DNA of 63,906 nucleotides, the filler included, from Reticulomyxa filosa (lineage: Eukaryota > Protista > Foraminifera), in assembly GCA_000512085.1 (NCBI GenBank). It is 27 parts of 27 records of this genome, joined end to end, with 100 filler letters (N's around TTAATTAATTAA, not from the genome) between each part and the next. Parts side by side here need not be neighbours in the genome. Positions count along the whole stretch, not along the records: positions 38,426 to 40,068 come from ASPP01027976.1; positions 40,169 to 44,300 come from ASPP01015346.1; positions 44,401 to 45,602 come from ASPP01025305.1; positions 45,703 to 47,710 come from ASPP01012403.1; positions 47,811 to 49,560 come from ASPP01023005.1; positions 49,661 to 51,479 come from ASPP01019369.1; 21 more parts are not named here. One strand, 5' to 3'. The position numbers were made by a program, and so were the translations under genes. Below the pieces are notes generated by a model. The model did not search any database. It was not told where the DNA came from and was given only the letters and a program-made list of their open reading frames with translations. Positions 38,426 to 49,696 of this stretch are shown here, in pieces (position 1 is the stretch's first letter; each line of letters begins with the position of its first letter).

Positions 38426-40068
38426 TCCATTAGATAATAATAATATTCTTGATATGCCAATAATAAATTGTCTACGATTTGAGTTATTAATGGCATACCA
38501 CAAAATATAACACATAAAGTTGATATCATTATTAATAATATAGATATCCAATTTACTATAAATTCTAAAATTGATTTCTCTTGGACTTGTTCTTGCTGTT
38601 TCATTTCAAGTCTTTGTCTTGTAAAATGCTCCATTTGTCCTATAAATTTCATATCTCTTTTTTTATAATATACAAATTCATTTCTTACTTTTGCAGCACC
38701 ATCATAAAATGAAATTGAACTATTATCATCTCGTAATGTGCTTACTTGCCCTTCTTATGTAAATATAACAACAAAACAATTGATATATGTATTTATTATA
38801 AGAAAATAAAATATAAATTATTAAAATACCTTTACGACAATGTAATTTCATTCTTTCTTGTAATGCTTGTTGTCTTATTAATGGAATTTGCATTGTCGTA
38901 ATGTTATATTTATATGTTTGATAATGTGAAGGTGATAATGATATTGATGGCGATGTTGATGGTGACTTTGATGATGACTGTGATGGAGATTGTGATGACA
39001 AATTTATAACAAGTTGTGGAGATGAAATATTTACTGCACATTGATGCGGTGATGAAGTCTTTTCTACATATTGTGGGGATGATGTCTCTACTACGTATTG
39101 TGGGGATTCGGACTTTCTCACAGTTTGTGGTGATGCAGATTTTCTAACATATGATATAGTAACAACATTTCCAACAGCTGGTGGTGATAAATATTTTCTA
39201 ACATCTGATCGAAATGCAATATTTTCAACAGCAAATGAAGATTGAACTTTTCCAATATATATTGGTGATGCAATGTTTCCAACAACTTGTGGTGATTCAT
39301 GTCTTCCAATGTATGTTGGTGATGCAGACTTTTTCAAAGCTAGCGATGGTGAAGTTTTTCTAACAGATTGTGGTGGTGAAGCAGTCTTTATCACAGCTGG
39401 CGGGGATGCAGTCTTTTCCACTGTTAGTAATAATTCAGTATTTTCCACATCTGATGGTGATAAAGTCTTTACCACAGCTGGAGGGGATGCAGTCTTTTCA
39501 ACATCTTGTGGTAATTCAATATTTATTACAGCTGACGGGGATTCAGTACTTTCAGCAGCTAGTAGTGATGAAGTTTTTTTAACAGATAGTGGAGGTGAAG
39601 CAGCCTTTATCACAGCTGGCGGAGATGCAGTCTTTTCGATATCTTGTAGTGATCCAGTATTTATCACAGCTGGCGGAGATGAAGTCTTTTCAACTGATAA
39701 TAATAATTTAGTATTTCCAATATCTGAAGATAATTCAGTGTTTCCAACAGCATGTGATGATTCATTATTTTCTCCATATTGTGTGGATAAAATATTTTCA
39801 TCATGTGATAATATCGGTAATTGATCTATTGAATCTATATCTAATTTACCAAATAGTTCTTCTGTATCACTTAATGAATGTTTTAATAATTCATTTTTAA
39901 TATCTAATTTTCCTAATAATGTTGTAGCGTCGTCCAATAATTTTAATTCTTCATTTACATTTAATTGAAGTTCTGATTTTTGTGGTTGTAAAGAATCAAT
40001 ACATAATTTACTTAATAGTTCCGATGTATCATTTAATTTTTCTTTTGGTGATAAAGATTTTGGTGATG
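38426..40068 (-). CDS. Ser/Pro-rich repetitive protein with C-terminal transmembrane segment (orphan family, apparently intact, both ends truncated)
   Basis: Open from 40066 to 38830, phase-1 intron 38829-38754, in-frame last exon with hydrophobic FIVNWISILLIMISTLCVIFCG. Internal repeats VEKTASPPAVI and L.D...L..KL.I. Confidence 0.75.
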
Positions 40069-40313
40069 NNNNNNNNNNNNNNNNNNNNNNNNNNNNNNNN
40101 NNNNNNNNNNNNTTAATTAATTAANNNNNNNNNNNNNNNNNNNNNNNNNNNNNNNNNNNNNNNNNNNNTTTTTTTTTTTTTTTTTTGTTTTTTTTTTTTT
40201 TTTAAAGATTTGTCTCACGACAAGGAAGCAAACATGCGCACACTGGCAAAACTCCTCGTGATGATGATAGCACGTCGAGGTTCCAATTTGAAAGCCAGTC
40301 TTCCACAGGACAT

Positions 40314-42320
40314 GTGATTGGAAGTAATACTGGACGCTCGGCGTCGCAGGAACAACACATGGGATCCGCCAAATCACATCCGCTTTCGACGCGAAGCAAT
40401 GCGAACAATAACGAACAAGAACCAACCTCAGTGCCTCCTCCAAGTCCTCATGCCGTCGAGCCACAAAATGAAGAGGTCATCGCCACCATCGAGGAAGATG
40501 AAGAACCTCCTGTTGTGCATCAGTCCAAATCCCAAAATTCTGCGGATAAAAAGCGGCCCTCCAAAAAGTTGGTTATTAATCAAAAGCCAATGAAATCCAG
40601 AAATGGAAATGGTTTGTTAACACCATCTGGTATGATCCCCCCTCTTCCTTCCTTCCTCCCTCCTCCCTCCTCCCTCCTTTAAAAAAAAAAGGAGAAAAGG
40701 TTCATTCATATCACTCACAAAAAAAAGCACAAGCGGACGATTCACGCAATCATCAACCACGTCAAGTATCTCTTGGAAGCAATATAAGTATTGCTCCTGA
40801 AAGCTATTTCGATAGCACTCCTCTTCCTGGCGAAACTCCGATAAAAGAGTTGAACCGAAGCAGAGATGCCTCCATCTCCAACAACAATAATAATAACAAT
40901 AATAACAACAATAACAATAATAACATTAATAACAATAACAACATTAACAATAACAACAACAACAACAACAACTCACATCCTCCCAAAATTCAAGAGGACA
41001 AAGTGCCTGCGGAAGAGAGCGCAAAGGCGATCGACGCAAAGGACAGCAAAGACAGTTCGGACAAACGAGCAACACCGGAGCCGAGCAAAGTAAGTGCGAA
41101 GGTCAATACATCAAGTAACGAAAAAACGGAGCAGATTCAAGCAAGAGAAATACGACGATTAAGCCAATCTCCAAAAAGCACGGGTGGCAGTAGTAGCAGC
41201 CATAGTAATAGTAATGGCAGTAATAGCAGCCATAGTAATAGTAATGGCAGTAGTAGCAGCAGTCATAGTAATGGTAATAGCAGTAGTACCACGAATGACA
41301 AGCCTCCAAAAAAAGTGGCTCCACGTGCTCGTCCAATCGGAAAATCCAGATCCACTCACAACAAAGAAAAACGTGGAACTCGGATCTTCTTCGAGCCGAA
41401 TTAGCCGAAAAAAGCGGTACGTACACACACACACATGTACATATATGCATATATATATACATACATATATATATGTATATATTGTTTTTTTTTTTTTCTA
41501 AAAAAAATTGGTCGTCAGAGAAACAAACAAACAAACAAACAAATCTCGAATAATAACAAAAGGACAAAATGTCTCAGCACAATTCATATTGGAACCAGAA
41601 ATTGAAGAGGAAAGGACAAATGAAAGTGGAGAAGACCAGACACGCACAAAAGCGGATGACATGCCAGTCCTGCAAAGGATGTCCAATCGCAGCTCCGACA
41701 CAAATCAGAGCGATATCACTTTGAATCCGGAATCGACGAAGAAGGAAAAAGAGCCAATGAGTGATCATCGCTCGATAATAACCGTCGACAATGATAACGA
41801 AACCAACGGCAATGAAACGGAACATAAAAATACAATGACCTCTGGGGACAACTCCGGCAATGATTCAAACAAACCTCCTGATCAAAGCAAAGAAGGACAA
41901 AATGTGACAACGGATGACAAGTCCATTAAAACATATATCCCAAATGATTGGAATGAATCTGAATTGCGTTTGAAGCTGGGATCGTGCAGTCCTCTCTCCG
42001 TAAACTTTACGCCTGATCAGCACGATAGCCAGTTTCAAGTGGTGGAAATGGTATTCGATTCCGTCCAAAAAAAAGATCTCGCTATGAAACTCTTACAATA
42101 CGTGCAAGGAAACACTGGACGCTCAAGCAAGACTTTTCCCAAGCGCCCAGCTTCTGAAGAGAAATACGTCGAGGTAGGTTTGGAGCCAGTCAGATTTACC
42201 CGTCCTGATGTTCCTGAAGATGAAGGTACCCCACCAGAACGCAAAAATTCGTTACGAATTCCTGAGTTTGAGGGTAATGAATCCGACGATGAAGATGAAA
42301 GTGATCCCTTAGATAGTGTC
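40314..42320 (+). CDS. Low-complexity, probably disordered Asn/Ser/Glu-rich protein (partial, spliced)
   Basis: Three hydrophilic ORF blocks (40314-40628, ~40730-41417, ~41563-42318) separated by intron-like poly-A/(AT)n runs. No domain recognised. Confidence 0.5.
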
Positions 42321-42834
42321 ATCTTTGTATGCTTTTTTTTTTTTTTTTTTTTTTTTTTGAAATGGAGTCGCACCAGTCTCAATGTTCTTGTATTGCTGTG
42401 TTATTACAAAAAAAAAAAAAAAGATGACCGGAAAGGATAAAGGAGATGATTTATGGGATTAAGGAGGTGTCCTTTGGGGAATCTTCACGTATTTTCTATC
42501 GTAGAGATTTTGTACGATTGCTGCTTACTGTTTCAGTCTTCAGAGAAATAATGTTTGTTTTTGGTTTGTTTGGACAAATTTTTTCATTGTAGACGTTTTT
42601 CGAACATAACCCAGAGTGAATACGTTTTACCTGGACTTTTAGACCTTTGGGAATGTCAAATACTTTCAATTTTTGTGATCAAGACACCACCCAAACTCGA
42701 ATATAAATATTACATCATGCAACAGATTGAAATATACTAGTTCGTCATAAGTGATAGCTTTTTGGAAGTTCTTGCCATCAGTTTGGAAAAGTTCAAAATG
42801 ATCCTCCCCTTTTCTAGGAAAAAACTTGGAACGA

Positions 42835-44208
42835 ATGACCTCAAAAGTTGATCAGAGCAAAGAAATAGATGATTTTCGTTTTTGTCTAAAGAAATTGTTG
42901 GATTTGTCGGAGGGGTTCAATCCAAATCAAGATGATCCAACCCAGTGCCTGTCGTCAGCAGACGAGAAATCGCTTCACGAGACATTTGACATGTTTGTGG
43001 GAGTATTGGAAAAAAGATCACAGTATATCCATTCGTTGTCAATAATCGACATAATGGAGTTGGATACAGTGAAAAAGGCAACAGAATCAGATCAGAGCGG
43101 GATGAATTTTATGAATCGATCAGAATTGGAATCGAAAGAAGCAGAAGTGAAGAAGCGATTCTGAATGTAATGATATTATTATTTACAACAAGGAAGACGA
43201 AAGAAGAAAAAGAAGACAATAAAAAAAAAGCAAGGACAAAAAATATAGCCAAGTGTTTACAATTTTATCTCGATACAGAAGAAAACAATGTGTTCTTTTT
43301 ATTTAGCAGTCGCTTGTTTTCTTTGGAATACTTTGCCAATTTCTATTTATTCAAACACATAATTCCATCGTTTATTGACCCGCTGTCCTGCACGAGCAAT
43401 TCTGACGTCAATCTAGAAGAGCATGTCATCATCAATCAATGTTTGCAATTTTTGTATCGTTTGATCCGTGAAAACGAACAGATATCTACAAAGGGCATTA
43501 AAGGAACAAACGATGCTAAATGGTATCGACAGTTGTTTCAAATGTGCTTGCAGCACTATTTGGTTCCGTTGTCGCTTTTGCGACGAGCTCTATTGCCCAC
43601 TGCGAATACAAATAATGCAAAAAATACCAATAATACCAATAATGCCAATAATGCCAATAATACCAATGAACAACAACAACAACAACAACAACTGCATTCA
43701 TCATTGACATTAATTGATAACATTTTTCAAGTCTGTTTTTTCAATCAAAACTATGTCATTGCCAAATACGAGTCAATATTATCAAGTACAAATTGGTTTA
43801 TTCAATGGTCTTCTCTTGCTTTCCCTGTTTTGGGTTTTGATACTTTGGAGCATGGGATTGCAGTTTTGTTTTATTCACATAGTGATCGGCAAATGTATTT
43901 CTTTGTTGTCATATCCTTATTATAAAAAATAAAAAAATAAAAAAATAAAAAAGATACCTCAAAAACGTCGAAGAATTGACTCGACTTTGAAAATGATCGG
44001 TGACAAATCCATGGATGATATGGTCACACTGACCAAATCCAAAAAATTCATCGATTTCACCAAAGACTTGTTTTCTTCCGTCGAAGTCTATTTGGAACAA
44101 TACTACTCCATTGACACATTCGATACGTTTGACGCTATCTTAGAGACGTCCTGTCATTTGTACAGATTGTTTTTAACACAATGGAGAGAAGACATTCGCT
44201 CTATCTCA
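42835..44208 (+). CDS. Hypothetical alpha-helical protein (partial, spliced)
   Basis: Consecutive ORFs 42826-43164, 43170-43925 and 43987-44208 with intron-like gaps; contains poly-Q/N. Confidence 0.5.
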
Positions 44209-44400
44209 GTTTTTTATTATTTTTATTTTTTCTCTTCCCTCTCTCATTTTATATCACTTATCATTTTATACTTTCCTCCTTTTTTAAAAAAAAAAAAAAA
44301 NNNNNNNNNNNNNNNNNNNNNNNNNNNNNNNNNNNNNNNNNNNNTTAATTAATTAANNNNNNNNNNNNNNNNNNNNNNNNNNNNNNNNNNNNNNNNNNNN

Positions 44401-45445
44401 TGAAGTCCATCCGATAACTTGCGGGGCCAGACTCATCGCGATTGCCAAGCCTGATGGAACCCCGAGACCCATTGTGATTGGGTCATTGTTTCGAAGATCT
44501 GCTGCTGCCATCCTGGCGAAGAGGCACGCAGACGCCATTAAAGAGGATGTCGGCATTAACCAATTGGAGATCAATACGAAGGCTTGTATCGAAACGTTCG
44601 TCCATAGATCCAAAGCAATGGTCGCATATGTAAAGGAAAACCCGGGTGCTGTCGCCGTAAAGATCGACATCCAAAATGCATTCAATAGTATGAAGCGCTC
44701 CAAGATGTTTGAACTCATCTGTCTCAAGTTGCCCCAGCTATACCACTATGTCAGGGGCTGTTATTCCAAACATGACAAACTTTATCTCCCGGATGGAACT
44801 ATTGTGAATTCAAAAACCGGGTTCATCAAGGGGATCCACGGCAATGCTGCTATTGCGACATTCGATGCAAATTTCCAAAGTAAACTATCACACGCGCATC
44901 AATTTCATCGGTGATCACCAAGAATGGGCGAGGCGATATGACTCCAAAATGCGGAAGTGTTTGGAATCCATCATAGCTCTACACTTCGCGCGACACAATG
45001 CTGTCGTCCAGTGCATGTCAACACTTTTAAACCGAGCCGGACTGCAACATCAACGTGAAGCAGATTGAATGAACATGACAACAGAAGGCCAGGCGACATC
45101 TCATTGAAATGGTTCGGGACCAAGACTGAATTAACATATTTTGATATCGGGATTACACACAAATCAATCTTGTCATTATCCCAAGAAAGATTACAAGGAG
45201 CAGAGGCGCATTACCGGCAAAAATGGCAAAAAACAAAATAGCTTTGACCAACAGGGAATTACATACATCCCGTTGATTATCGGCGGATACCATGCAGAGA
45301 CGAAGAAATTTTGCGATACATTGGCACGAGTGATTGCAGATAAAGAGGCCAAAGACGAATCAATCGCAAAGCAAACGGTATACAAGCAATAAGTGCAGCC
45401 CTGCAGAAAGGCAACTCATTAGCAATAAGCACGCATTGCAAATGA
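44401..45445 (+). mobile_element. Non-LTR retrotransposon relic, CRE-like clade (RT + restriction-like endonuclease), internally deleted
   Basis: RT: ARLIAIAKPDGTPRPIVIGSLFRR, KIDIQNAFNSMKR, VHQGDP (44821-44838 after a 1-nt shift). Post-RT: LLLRHSMQISKVNY. RLE: ARHNAVV, RRPGDI...FDIGIT, YIPLII, ISAALQKGNS. Confidence 0.85.
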
Positions 45446-45829
45446 GCCGTAAACAAATTTTTTCGTCCAACTCCATAAACTTTCGATCATTTTTGAAAGC
45501 AAATTTTTCTTATTTAAATTTTGCCTTCTTTTCTTTTTCTTTGGACTGGCTGTAGGGAGTTGTGACAAGTTTTTGTTTGTACTAATGACATGGTATGTAC
45601 CANNNNNNNNNNNNNNNNNNNNNNNNNNNNNNNNNNNNNNNNNNNNTTAATTAATTAANNNNNNNNNNNNNNNNNNNNNNNNNNNNNNNNNNNNNNNNNN
45701 NNTTTTTTTGTTGGTGATACCCCAAACATCAGCTAAGCCAAAAAATAAAAATATATAACCAAAAAAGATTCATAAAATAAACACATTTTTTTTTCACTAT
45801 TTTGCATATTACCAACAAAAACAGCTTAT

Positions 45830-47681
45830 TATGAGCAAAAAATACGGCTGTCAACCAACTGCTTTATCTTATCTGCATCAAAGTATTTTTTACATGAAAA
45901 AGAACAAAAAATTTTGTTAAAACTACAAAAGGTAGTAAAACAAGCGTACCAAAAAACTTTCAACAACCAATTTGCATGGCGTGAATTGATGCGCTATGCG
46001 AATTGTATTAACATAGCCAACAAGGAGCCAAAGTTTGTGTTTTGCTGTGGAAAAAAAACAATGATTTCAAAAAAAATATACAACAAAAATTAAGTTACAG
46101 AACCAACAGAGAATGCCGAATTCTGGCAGATTGGATTTGGGAGTCCTTGCCAAAAGATAACATCTTGCAAAAAGTTCATTGGGAAGACCGGTTCAAAGTT
46201 GCAAAACACTTCAGATATTTGCATGTCCCAGAAAACACTGTTGGTAAATGCAGATGAGGTTACAGTAATTTTTTAAAAATGCAACGAACAAAAAAAATTG
46301 TCCCCAAACTAATTGTTGTGTGAAAGTTGCACTTGAAGGGGAGGCCCCAAAATGTTTCAAATTACTTGTGGCCGGAGCATGCTCAACGTGGAAGTCACAA
46401 ACAAAATTTAATTCGAAACAAGACAGTGAACAACAAACAAGAACAAAACAGAGAAGAAGCAGTGTAGTGCTGAACAAAGTCAAGATTGATGACACAAGTG
46501 TTGACTCGGGTCGAGTGCACCAATTGTTGCAATTCCAACATAAAAAAATAACTGAAAAAGCAAGGCTGTCAATCACAACATTACCAAATATCTGTGAGAG
46601 AACTTCTGTTTGTCTTCCCGCAAACGAGAATGAATTGCAACTTCAAAAAAAACTGGAGACCACCCCTTTGAAAGAGAACTTTACGTGTGAACTGGGACTG
46701 TGCTCCACGCAAACTAGTGACCTTGGAAGGGCGAAATCAGTTCACTCCGACAAAAGTGATGCAACTTCTACACTTTTGGATGTATGTGGTCAAGATACTG
46801 AATCAACAAGTTTAAAAAAATGTGTACGTATTTTTTTCTTTCAGTTATATTTTTCGTTTGTGTTAAATGTGCTTTTCCTTGTGCCGATAACAATAAAACA
46901 AAAGAACAAATGTACATCGATGATACCACAACAAGCGAAGAAAATTTCAATTTAGTCGAGAAGACAGAAAACAACACTACAAAAAGCAACATAAAAAGTG
47001 ACACGAATGAAAATGATGAAGAAGAAGACACGGACGAAGAAAGTTCAATGCAATTAATGGAAGAAAAAGAATATATGGACAAAGCAGCGATAATGCAAGC
47101 AATATGTCGCGGATCACTTTTGTTAAACGAACTTAAAAAGCAAACCAAGTCCAGGAAGGATTGTGATGCGTCCCAAAGTCAGTCTAGAAGAGGCTCTTTT
47201 TCAAAAACAAAAAAAGAATACAAAAGCATTGTTCCGGAACAGTTTACAAAGTTTGACTCTCCTCCCAGTCGTCGATCACTGATAGACAAGGATTTTCAAA
47301 TGCAAAAGCAAAAAATAGCACCCAAAAGCTCCACCAGAAATTCTACTCGACAGTTTGTCCTTGTTTTTTATTACTTATTATTGTACATTTCTTTCAACTT
47401 CACTCTTTTTCTTCTTTTTTTTTATCTCGTAATAATTGATGTGCAATACATTGGACAAGGCATCGTCAGTTTTTGGTCGGAGAAACTGTGGTAATCCCCG
47501 CGGGTGTCATTGCAAACAGAGATAATGACTCTGAATCACAAAGGCCTGCCCAAAGCCAAACTGAGATTCCAATTGATGATTTTTCCCTATATATTGTGCA
47601 GACACTAGGTCTTCGCACTGGATATTTGAGGGCTGGATCCACATTTGACTCGCTTGCATTATTTTCTTCAGAATACAAGAG
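45830..47681 (+). CDS. Cyclic-nucleotide-binding-domain protein with large insertion (partial, spliced)
   Basis: Recognisable CNBD pieces: ILQKVHWEDRFKVAKHFRYLHVPENTV, EGEAPKCFKLLVAGAC, and TGYLRAGSTFDSLALF...R, separated by a long S/T/K/E-rich region. Confidence 0.55.
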
Positions 47682-48929
47682 GTAATCATTCTTTTTTTCC
47701 AATTTGGGGTNNNNNNNNNNNNNNNNNNNNNNNNNNNNNNNNNNNNNNNNNNNNTTAATTAATTAANNNNNNNNNNNNNNNNNNNNNNNNNNNNNNNNNN
47801 NNNNNNNNNNCTCGTATGGTTTTCCAATGACTTTTCTGATATATCTTGACAGTTGATCGGCGTTTTTGGATTTACACTGTCTTTGTGACTCGAGTAAAAT
47901 CAATAATTAGATCTAGAAGTTTTTCCATAACTTTAATATTATTTTTATGTTTTTTAGTTTTTGGTACTTGATCAAGAAATTTCCTGAGATTTCAGGTACC
48001 AAGATCTATCTTCAAAATCTTCAAATCTTGGAAGATGTTGCCAAAAAAAGATACTTCCAAACTAGTTTCAAGTTTTTTGCTTTTGTACTTGTCAGATGAT
48101 CAGATATATATATTTTTTTTTAACTTCTACTGCACATCGGGCACTCGCTGATAACAAGGCTTGTGAAGGCGATTGGAGAGTCGAGGCAAGGTGTCTTTAC
48201 CCTAATTGGATCTACTGCAAGCCATGTTGGGACAAAATACCCCACATGGAATTGGATCAAGAATCCAATCTAATGGTAAGGAAAAAAAAATATCCTTATC
48301 TCAAGCCATAAGTAGGGGTACAAATCCTGCGTCTTACGAATGTCCAAATACATTTCCCATGGCGAAAAAAGTTTCCAACATTCAAAATGTGGAGGCCGTT
48401 GTTTGTTCCAACTCCCGGGACCCCCAAACGTGGATTACAGTTTGCTGGCAACAGTCTTCATTAAGACTGGATATTTTATTTTTGATCATAGTGACTTGAT
48501 TTCTGTCATTTATTTGATAGCACATTTTAAAGCGCAGCAGTTCCCTTTCCTAAAATTGTGAGCTACTGGATTTTTATGGAACTTGGAGGATATCAACCGG
48601 TCTGATCAAAATCTACGTTGGTATTCCTCAATTTTATGAACGAAATATTTTAATGTTTTTGAGTATTGTTTTTATGTTTTACAAATTCGTTGGTCTTTTC
48701 CCTTTGGTTGTTTAAGGATTTTGCAATTTGTTGTTTGTTGATTACTTTGTAAGACATTGTATTCTTAGTACTGTATTCGGTGTGAGTGATGTGCTATTAG
48801 AATAAAATTTGCATCAGAAGCAGCCTCATATCTGTTTATTGCAAGAAGGATTCAGATCAAAGAAATAAAAACCGTTGATGTTGTTCTGAAGCATCAATAG
48901 ACTGCTGATCATCGATCTGCTTGCAATGA

Positions 48930-49320
48930 ATCGCTTGGTTGTGTTTGCTTGTGTCATTTTTGTGTCGACATTTTGCCGCTTCGTGATTTGATAGTCCGGT
49001 ACTCACGAACAATATGGTTCAATCTATAGCATTTCCTGCATTGCTTTTGGCCTTAATTTGCTTTTGTCGAATGGTTTCACCATTGAATATCATTGTCTTT
49101 TAATATCTTGACAACATCTTCAGCTTGGATAGAAATACTTTGACAATTAGCATCTTATGGAATCATTTAACTTCTTGTATTTGATATACATAATCTTCCA
49201 ATGTCTCCCTGATTTCATTATCGCTTTTGCGAGTTGATACTCCTCGAAGCAGGATAATACAACTTGAAGCGTCGAATATTGATGCTTTTCTTCCTTCGCA
49301 ATATCATCCATCTGGCCTCT
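48930..49320 (-). mobile_element. Degenerate LINE ORF1/gag-like relic with CCHC zinc-knuckle remnant
   Basis: Minus strand reads ILLRGVSTRKSDNEIRETLEDY...VKVFL...EDVVKILK...KPFDK...QCRKCYRLNHIVREY (49043-48999)...HEAAKC, with stops and frameshifts. Confidence 0.55.
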
Positions 49321-49660
49321 TTCGTTTATGGCTCCATATCATTATTCGACGTCATTTTGGATTATTGTTGTTTGTTTCTGGTATATCAATACTATATCTA
49401 ATTCCATTTCCAATGCCACTATGTATACGGATTGTTTCTTGGTTCTCACATGACTTATTCCAAGCATATTAATTATATCTATGGCAAAGCAGCGATGAAA
49501 CTTGTATATTTGACATACCTATGTTCATTCAAATGTGTCAGACCAAGTCTACGTATAATCNNNNNNNNNNNNNNNNNNNNNNNNNNNNNNNNNNNNNNNN
49601 NNNNTTAATTAATTAANNNNNNNNNNNNNNNNNNNNNNNNNNNNNNNNNNNNNNNNNNNN

Positions 49661-49696
<36 letters not shown>

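Noticed and set aside
44401-44914. Bacterial retron or group II intron RT
   Set aside because: The downstream RHN and PD..D nuclease motifs and the RPI.IG..RR signature fit a eukaryotic RLE non-LTR element.
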